Below are positions 55,417 through 64,000 of a DNA stretch of 64,000 bases, in pieces; positions within the stretch are counted from its first letter, which is position 1; each line of letters opens with the position of its first letter. The stretch comes from Proteromonas lacertae (taxonomy: Eukaryota): the NCBI GenBank assembly GCA_002245135.1, contig NGBS01001190.1, forward strand, positions 1 through 64,000, in the 5' to 3' direction. The notes beneath the pieces are model-generated. The model ran no database searches. It saw only the letters and a program-made list of their open reading frames with translations, and was not told the DNA's origin. The position numbers and the translations under genes were made by a program.

Positions 55417-56349
55417 TTATGAAATTAAATGGAATAATTCATCGATTTCTTCATCTATTGTCTTTTTGTTCTTATCACTTTCATTTTTATGTTCATAAAT
55501 ATGGTAAGGGCATTGGGTTTCATTAGAATAAGGAGCTGTTAGAGTGTTACTACTGTATGTGAATGTGAGAGAAGAAGATATTGGATCACCTTTGGGTAAT
55601 TCAATCTATTCAAACATATAATTGAATATATCTATATATATACAGTAAGTTGAATACATCCACATATAGAATTATAAGTAATTGAAGAATCTTGAACTAA
55701 ATCTACACAGTAATCTCGTTTTTCTAGAATTTTCTTTATATCAGTATAATATATATTTTCTATTGTTTTAGTAACTGGAAGAATGGTAAAGGAATGAAGA
55801 TTATCTTTAAACATAATTCGAAATTTAGATATATCACTATATTTATCTGTTAAACTAACTCCTAAATCACAACCATTTATTTTACTTGTAATATCAGTAA
55901 TAAAACCATTCAATATTGGTCCACTCAATACAATCCATTCTAATGAAATATGGTAAATAAAATGAAACGAATAAGTTGAATCATATTTTATTTTTATATT
56001 TGGTTGTGTTTTATCTACTGTACCAAATGCAGTATTCTATTATAAATATATTAGAAATGTTTATACTATTTTAATAGGTTGATAATGAATTCCAGTTATT
56101 TCAGGTTCTTGATAATTGGCATTTAATGTTTCATTTAATCTTTTAGAGAATATATCTAAGACAGTATTAATGATTCTTTCTATATCTCTTTGATAAGCAA
56201 CCTATTATTATTCAATATATATATATATATATATTAATACTTTAATGGATCTAGCTGGAGGAACAACTTCAAAATTTAAAGAGAATGTTTCATATTGTTT
56301 TGGTTTTATTACTTCAGGTGATTGATCTACTGCAATCCACTATTATTGG

Positions 56350-56388
<39 letters not shown>

Positions 56389-57836
56389 CTATAAACAATA
56401 TTTAATACATTATCAATGGCATTCCAATTTAATAATTTTGCTGTTTGTTCAAATGTGATTTGCTTTGGTATAAATGTGTGACTTCTATCTGACCATAATA
56501 AGAATTTGTATGTTATTAAATAGTCTTTTTCTCTATTCTTATCAAGTTCAGGATTCTAATTGTTATATATATATATATATATATATATACTGTTTCTATA
56601 GTGACTATAATATTGTTATTCTCTATTTTCAACTTATGAAGATTATCATCCATTATCAACTCGATTTCTTTATCATAATTACTGTAAATACTGTCATTCT
56701 AATATTAATATTAATAATAATAATAAAATATACAATAAACTGAAAACCAATATGTAATCTATAAGTAATCAAACATGCCATAATGACTTTTAACTTTACT
56801 TTATTATTGGATATATTATAACTAGCATTACTAGATAATTTCTCTTTAGTTGTTTCTAATGATGTTAATGGTAATAATGAAAAACTGCATAATCCTTTCC
56901 ATATTGCAGATGAATTCTAATATGTAATAAACTACAAAATTATTTGTATACATCATTTAGATTCTCAACTACATGAGACCAAATACTTGATTTTACTTTC
57001 CCACTAATAAATGGATTGAAATAATTTGTTTGAATATCACTGGGGTTGATTGGATGTAAAACAGGACGGAATTCAATTGCATTTACTAATGGAGCTGTTG
57101 GACTTACTATTATGAAATAAATAGAGTATATATATATATGTAAAAGATACGAGTATCTGTAGAACCATTATCACTTGTATATGAAGCTATATACAATAAA
57201 TAGTAATAATTATTAATAATACCTCCCATGACCAATTCAGAATTACTCTTCCTTCTTTCACTTGTGGTTGAAGGTAATGATTGAGAAATGAATGTTTGAT
57301 TATACGAACTTGATGCTTTATTCATTATTGCAGATACTCTTCTTGATCTTTGAGGTGTTAATGAAATCTCTTCTGCACTCTGTTGTTGTGAAGAAACAAC
57401 AGGAAGTGTATCAGAAGCAAGCCCAGGCTTGATTCGATTATTCCAAGCAAATTTTTGTGTAGATTCTATTGTTCATTTTAAAATATAAGTTTATACTCTC
57501 ATCCATTGGATAAGGATCAAACTTCTGTTTTGGCCTTTGATTGATATAATCATAAGCTCTTGAATAAAAATGAGGACTTGCGTATGGACAATTTAATATC
57601 TCTTCTTTTCTTTGATTCTGATAGAATAAATTACCATTCTCATCATAAAATGAAATATCCAACCAATCGGCATATTTATAATACGGTTTTACATTCACAT
57701 CATCAGAATAACATCTATATATATATATATATATATATAGTAATACATAATAAGAGGAACTGTATATAGTGGAGGTTTATTCACTGAAACAATATCTAAA
57801 CTAATAGCAAAATCAGATAATCTCTTTTGTGTATTC

Positions 57837-57895
<59 letters not shown>

Positions 57896-59345
57896 TACTT
57901 TATAAATATGATCACTAACTTTAGACAATCCAACTCCTGCTGTTATGATCAATATACTATCACCACTGAAATTCATTGGTCCATATTTTTTTGATTCTTC
58001 AATCATTGAAATACACAAATTAACAGCGCACATTGTATTACCATCAATTGCACTTGAAGGATTCCTAGTATGTCCATCACTCTTATCTTCCCACTTATTA
58101 TCTTGAGGAAATTCATGAAATGATTTTATTATTTTCTTATATAATTCTAACCAGTCACTATTACATTCGAAATCTTTTGTTACTATTTTTATACTGTCTT
58201 GTGGAATGAATTTGTTGCTTTCTTCTTCTTCAATTGAAGATATTAAAGTTCCTATAACAATAATAATAATATATTAATAATATAATATCATATACATACT
58301 CGTATATAAGATGCAAGTCACTGAATGACTAGCATGTATTTTATTCCATTTTATTAACAAATCTCTAAGGAAATTATCAAGTGCTCTTTCATATAATAAG
58401 TCTCCTGATTGGTCAAAAGACCACATCTCATGTGATAATTGTATTAATATATAAATATGACTGCTTAATGATCTATATACCATTTTTGTGTAAAAAAATA
58501 GATAATTAAAGAAGTGATAATTCATAAATATAAACATATTTAAAATGATATTTGATTGGTTATTATTCCTGAAGATATACACTTATTACCTTTCTATTTA
58601 TATTTAATATATAACAAACTATAATACAGTTAAATTATCAAATCTACATGATAATACTTCATTAGATATAAACTGCTTATAATAAACACATTGATTTTGC
58701 ATTTGTTTCTAATAATATAATATAACATATATATATATATAATATACTGCAAATGTCCAATGATCACCTCTTAATAACATTTGATGATCATATACACATT
58801 CCAATACATCAATACTTCCTATTTCAATGCAGTATAATTGATCTATTTTAACTGAATCATGAATCTCTATATGATGTGAGTCTAACACTGAATCAAGTAT
58901 GCTGATTTGATATTTTCCCTTTAATATTATAGATGAGTTGTACTATAGATTACATAAATAATTAGTTTTATAAATATACTTGAAAATAAAGAGGTAGAGA
59001 AGATTCTCTTGTTAGTTTTGTTTCAGCTTTAGCAACAACCACAATACAATAAAATTGTCCATCAATTAACTAAAGTATCATATAAAAATAAATATAAATA
59101 CATCCTGAGAAGCATCTGGATGAATTATTACAGGATAATCACAATCTTTTGTAGTATGAAAACTTACACTATAAGCATCAAATTTCTTGGAAGATTGAGA
59201 AGATAAAGCTAGTATTCATAAAAAAACAGTGATATACGAGATGGTGTGCTTGGGGAAGGACTTGATAACAATTCAGTTCTAAATAATAATATTTTATAAT
59301 ATACTTTTTCTGCCTTTTTTGCTTTAATTTTGATAAAATACTCAT
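55417..59345 (-). CDS. DEPDC5: GATOR1 subunit DEPDC5/IML1, about 20 introns including one AT-AC
   Basis: TKMVYRSLSS..IQLSHEMWSFDQSGDLLYERAL..FLRDL..KW..HSVTCILY, GN..AVNL, ILIITAGVG, PPLYTVPL. Confidence 0.85.
57837..57894. repeat. (AAT)n microsatellite filling a DEPDC5 intron
   Basis: About 19 perfect units between GT and AG. Similar tracts lie at about 28818-28853, 30816-30840 and 56355-56383. Confidence 0.95.
58490..58551 (-). other. U12-type AT-AC intron (62 nt) in DEPDC5
   Basis: 5' ATATCATTT, branch point TTCTTTAAT, 3' AC. Removal joins SGIITNQ|TKMVYRS, restoring the IML1 motif. Confidence 0.9.
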
Positions 59346-59841
59346 TTCAGAAAATAGATCCGTTTCACATTTTTATTTTTTCTTAATAACTCATTCAATG
59401 AAGCATATATGATAGTTTAACAAGGTAAATCAAAAATATCTTGTTATGATATTTTGAATATGATTAATAAATTGCACATAAAGCAATTATTCGTTTTTAA
59501 AGAGAGCTGAAAAGCTATGAACTTAATATATAATGAAAATGTTCAAAATTTACTGTCAATGATGAGTTGTGATGTATGATAGCAAGAAATGAAAAGAGTT
59601 ATTTAATTTACTGCTCTTGTTGTTGTATTGTATGAATTGTTTTGACCGTGATTGTATAATGATCTTTCTTATTAATTTACAGACAAGTTGTTGTTTTGAC
59701 AATCTTTTAGAGGATTTCGCTTATTCTTATATATTAACAATGCAAATAATAACAACAAATAGAATAATACATCAAGATTGTATTTTAAAAATATATAATA
59801 TTAATTAATGAAAACAGAAACGTCTAATAAATCTATATAAT

Positions 59842-60824
59842 CTAATATCTATGTCTAATGGATAGTCTATATATCCTATATCTTCTTCAGAGAATATATC
59901 ACATTTACAGATGGGACATGTTCTATATCCATTTTCAACACACAATTCAATACATTCTTTACAGAATTTATGTCCACATGACAATATAATTGTTTCTTTA
60001 ATATCATTATAATCTTCATAACAAATTGCACAGTTAAGACATTCATAATTATTGTGATTTTCTTTAATTTCATTTTGTTCTTCTAATAAAGATTCAGCTC
60101 TTTTACTTCTTATCCTAAAACAATATGTGAATAAAATACTCTATTCTTTTTTTGTTCAAATCACTAAACAAATATATTGTAAATGTAATAGCTATTCCAA
60201 ATTTTATAAATACATTTAAATGATTTCTTAAATAACCTACACTCAATATATCATTTACACACTATTTATTTTTATAAATTATATAGATTATATATATATA
60301 ATACTTCTAAAAATACTAATACTTGTTTATGAACATTATTATTCTCCATTCTACCAACTATTTCTTCAATTATGTGACAATATAACTGATTTTTGATATT
60401 ATCGCCTACAGTAATATTTATATTGTCACTATCTACTGCTAAAGTCAATAATATCCCATTATCACCATTTTCATACCCTTCTCCCCATAAATTGAACATA
60501 CATTTTGTTACACTTTGAATCAATTCTTCACTAGTGTTGCTATTTATTATTACAATTCCAAATTTTATATTTTTTGGGTTTGCAGAACTTATTATAATAA
60601 TTTTCTGAATTTTGTTAATCTTAGCTATTTCTCTAAAAACAATAAAATCATCTCTTATACTCTTCAATTTCTTCATGATTCAATTAATTATTTGGATCAT
60701 ATATAGGGCCTCTAACAACATCTCTGCAATTACTGAAACTAGGTGGTACTATTGTACCATTTCGGACATCTTCACACAATGAAAAGGATATACACCACAA
60801 AAAGACGAAAAGATAAGAATTCAT
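59842..60824 (-). CDS. Signal peptide + TPM domain + TM + RING-HC E3 ligase (in-frame TAA at 60684-60686)
   Basis: MNSYLFVFLWCISFSLC; YDPNN*LNHEEI; WGEGYENGDNGILLTLAVDSDNINITVG; VFIKFGIAITFTIYLF; CAIC..SCGHKFCKEC..TCPIC. Three introns splice in frame. Confidence 0.75.
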
Positions 60825-60991
60825 TAAGAAAAATGTGAAACAAAATAATACACAATAATACAAGCTAATACATCCTCTGTGTATAATACAGATTTTGTGT
60901 TATATGCGATGGTTATGATAAAAATATTAATAAATTACATCCGACCACCATAGAAACATTATTATAACTTCGTAAAATAAATATATAACCA

Positions 60992-63900
60992 TTAAGATCT
61001 TAATTTAATCATTGCTTTGTTTTGTATTTCTCTTGCTATATCTTCAGTAAGATATTTATCAATATCCAAAGCAATTTCAGATGATGTTTTATTCAATGAC
61101 TGTTTATCAAACTCCAATTCACCATTCATCTCATCTTCCCTAATTTCAGTCAAAACATCTTTTATATTCTGAATGGACTTCTTTTTCAATGAAGTTGAAT
61201 CAACTTTATAATTCCATGTCGTTTCACCAATCACATTTCCTTGTTTTAATACTCCTACTCTTTCTCCATCTACACCATATAAAGAAGCTAATCTATCATG
61301 GCTTCCAATAAGGAAAGTAGGTGGATATAATACACAACTAATCCTTTTAATACCTTCTGTATGAAAAGTGTCAATTTTCTTAAGATGTAACAATGTATCT
61401 GGAACACTATCAGGAACTTCATCATTTGGGAAATAAAACACTGTTGTTCTAGAATAATAATAATAATAAGGATGAAATATATACGCTGGTTTATTAGCAA
61501 AAGCTTCACCTTGCTCAGAATCTCTCCAATTTCTATTATTATCACCATAATCAACTCTTAATCGACGATAGGGATAATGACATTCAGCTGGTTCAATAAC
61601 TGGATGAATTTCATAAACAGCACAAATCTTATTAATTACACTATTTTCATATAAAAATATATATTATTATACTCTGTTAAATCATAAAAAAGTAATACTC
61701 CATTATCATCACCACATACTAACGTAATTGAAACAACTGTTCTACCACATTTACCCATACAATCAAAAGCACAATTACAAGGATAACTCCATTCCATATA
61801 TTTATTAATTGCAGTGATTGTCGATAATTGTATTTCAATCTCCTCATTTCCTTCTATGATCTTCTCAGAAACAGGGAAATGAAAGTAAAATAAACATTCA
61901 TCTTTGTTTAATGACCAAATTGATAGATTATTGTTCAAATCAACAGAAACAAATAATGGATAAGGTTCTAAGAAACAAAGTGAAGTTATTGAAGTTGTAT
62001 GACCAACATAACGTCTTAATAAATTTGCATATTCAAAATTCCACAAATGAATCATTCCACTTCCATCTCCTGTAACAAATACTTCAAAATGACTTGAATA
62101 ACAACCAGTTAATATATGATCAGTATGTGCTTCATTAATAAATCTAATTTGATATCCTCTTTCTTTATCTCTTTCATCATGAACTTGTATTGTCTTATCA
62201 AAACTTGTAGATATCACTAATCGATATTTGGGTGTATAATCTATCCATGATATTTCTTTATTATGACATGGTTTGTTTTCATCATAACAGAATTCTTTCT
62301 GCAGTGTTCCTTGACTTATATCATATATTTTAATTCTTCCTTTTGAATCACCAGTTATATATTTTCTATCTCTATTATCAAGACAAAATGCTAAGATTTC
62401 ATTTTCACAATGTGTTGAATAGGAATGCAATATTGTACCTGTATTAGCATCCCATACCTTAATATTATTACCAGATGCAGTAACAAATGTTTGATATGTG
62501 TCATTATATAGACAAGCAACGATTGATTTATCATCAGTATATTTTGGATTCTCTTTACATTCATAATCGTAATAATGTAGGTATGTTCCTCCTAATACTA
62601 ATCTTCTATATTCAGGAATTGTAGTAAATGAAGTAATATAATCGTTTTCTACATTGAATGTTTGAATACATGCAAATGTACGAATATCCCATAGTTTAAA
62701 CATTCCTGATTCATCTCCTGTAATTATTTGTGGAGTATGTGGAATGGATTTTATTCCCATTATATTACTAATTACATTGTAATAATAATAATATATATAT
62801 ATATACTGCATATGTCCTGATAATCTATGAATAGGCTTCTCAACATATGGATTCCATATAATACCTTCATTGTCATAACCACAACTCAATAACAATTTAT
62901 AATCTTCAGAATAATCTAGACCACTTACAGCTTGTTTATGACCATTCAATGAGAGATTATACTTCTGACAATTCACATCCCATAAATGAATTGAATGATC
63001 CATACTTCCACTAGCTAATAAATGAGTTTCATTTAAATATTTCAAACATAAGATCATATCAGTGTGAGAACCTGGTTTTATATTACCTCTACTATCTAAT
63101 CCACCATATTCACAACTAAACTTATGATTTTCTACTTTGAGATCTTTACTTAACTTCCATTCATATAATATTCCATTTACACCACCTGTGTATAGTAGAT
63201 TGTGATCTATATCATGGAATGATTCCATTGCATGCTATTAATAATGAAAAAAATAATAATAAATATTATACTTGACAACATTTTGCTGTTAGAGTAGTCA
63301 TTAAAGTCCCAGTAGATTCTAATTTATAAATAAATAATTAATAACAAATATATATATATATATTATACCTTCATAAAATCTCAACATCATATTAGAATAA
63401 CTTATACAATACTGATTAACTGAAGGAACAAACATTGTATCAATCACTTCAACTCCTGTTTCATATTTCCTACCAAACTTTCTTAATGGCTTGTAGTTAC
63501 CTGTATACATCTCTACAATATTCGAACCTGTTTCCCATAACACCATTCCTTGATTTTCTGATGTATATTTCACATTTTGAAGTGTATGAGTCCATCTGTG
63601 TGGATCTTTAAATGGATTTCTTTTGTAGGATAATAAATTGCCTTGCTTTTTCTGATTGACCTACTTCTACTAAATAATTGGTGAATTCTGGCCATTGCAT
63701 TGTTCCATCACCATTTAAATCAACTTCATAAAAGATTTGTAATAAATTTAGAATTATATCTTCTTTTTTGTATCTTTTGTTTAATTCTTGCAAATATTTA
63801 GGAACATAATAAATAAACTGATGAACAGTGATAATACCTTCATTTTGAGTAAATATAGATTTTAATTGAGATAACTATCAAATAATGAATGAAAATGTAT

Positions 63901-64000
63901 ACTTTATCTTGATCGAGATATAGAATCATTTCCATTACGAAGAGATGATGGTCTTCTTGATCTGGCACTTTTATTGATTCAAAATCTATCCCAAAATCAT
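60992..64000 (-). CDS. EF-hand + WD40 protein (WDR49/EFCAB8/CFAP337-like), 5' end outside the window
   Basis: IFYEVDLNGDGTMQWPEFTNYLVE EF-hand, then many GH..WD repeats and KLWDIRTFACIQTF. +1 break at about 63635. Confidence 0.75.

Noticed and set aside
10543..55419. Blastocystis-style stop codons created by polyadenylation
   Set aside because: Every gene whose 3' end I could trace has a genomic stop codon, and no fixed TGTTTGTT spacing was evident. It cannot be excluded for the uncertain ends (INTS3, the SVIP-like gene).
57107..57150. GT-AG intron with U12-like donor GTATCTTTT
   Set aside because: No CTTAA-type branch point and only 44 nt long, so treated as U2. It could be a converted U12 intron.
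624..60706. Numerous short antisense or alternate-frame ORFs in the track (e.g. 9523-9840, 33956-34198, 36469-36906, 47136-47440, 52904-53230)
   Set aside because: Shadow ORFs of real genes or low-complexity DNA, with no motifs.
1..64000. tRNA, rRNA, transposase or viral genes
   Set aside because: None were recognisable by eye. Small RNAs such as snoRNAs would need covariance-model searches.

Overview
This is AT-rich, gene-dense eukaryotic nuclear DNA, not prokaryotic. It holds about 24 protein-coding loci split by roughly 120 short spliceosomal introns (mostly 25-40 nt GT-AG, some lengthened by (TA)n/(TAT)n). That organisation resembles a Blastocystis/Proteromonas-type gut stramenopile, but the taxon is an inference. 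Recognisable genes: a giant HECT E3 ligase, PA200/Blm10, beta-COP, a kelch protein, PFAS/PurL, NF-YB, GCN5, KIAA0825-like, INTS3, WD40 proteins and DEPDC5/IML1. A decayed island carries a sialate O-acetylesterase and Ig-like family members. I stitched exons by hand. Main observations: (1) four U12-type minor introns with a divergent 5' consensus ATATC[A/T]TTT, two AT-AC and two with apparent AT-AT and AT-AA ends; (2) a ~1,800-aa pseudo-calpain/kinesin-14 fusion; (3) a CCCH zinc finger fused to a P-loop-dead bacterial-type ThrRS-N/uridine kinase; (4) a signal peptide-TPM-TM-RING membrane E3; (5) a bromodomain-less GCN5; (6) about 14 single-base +1 frame breaks, most likely assembly insertions. 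All family calls come from motif recognition, with no database search.
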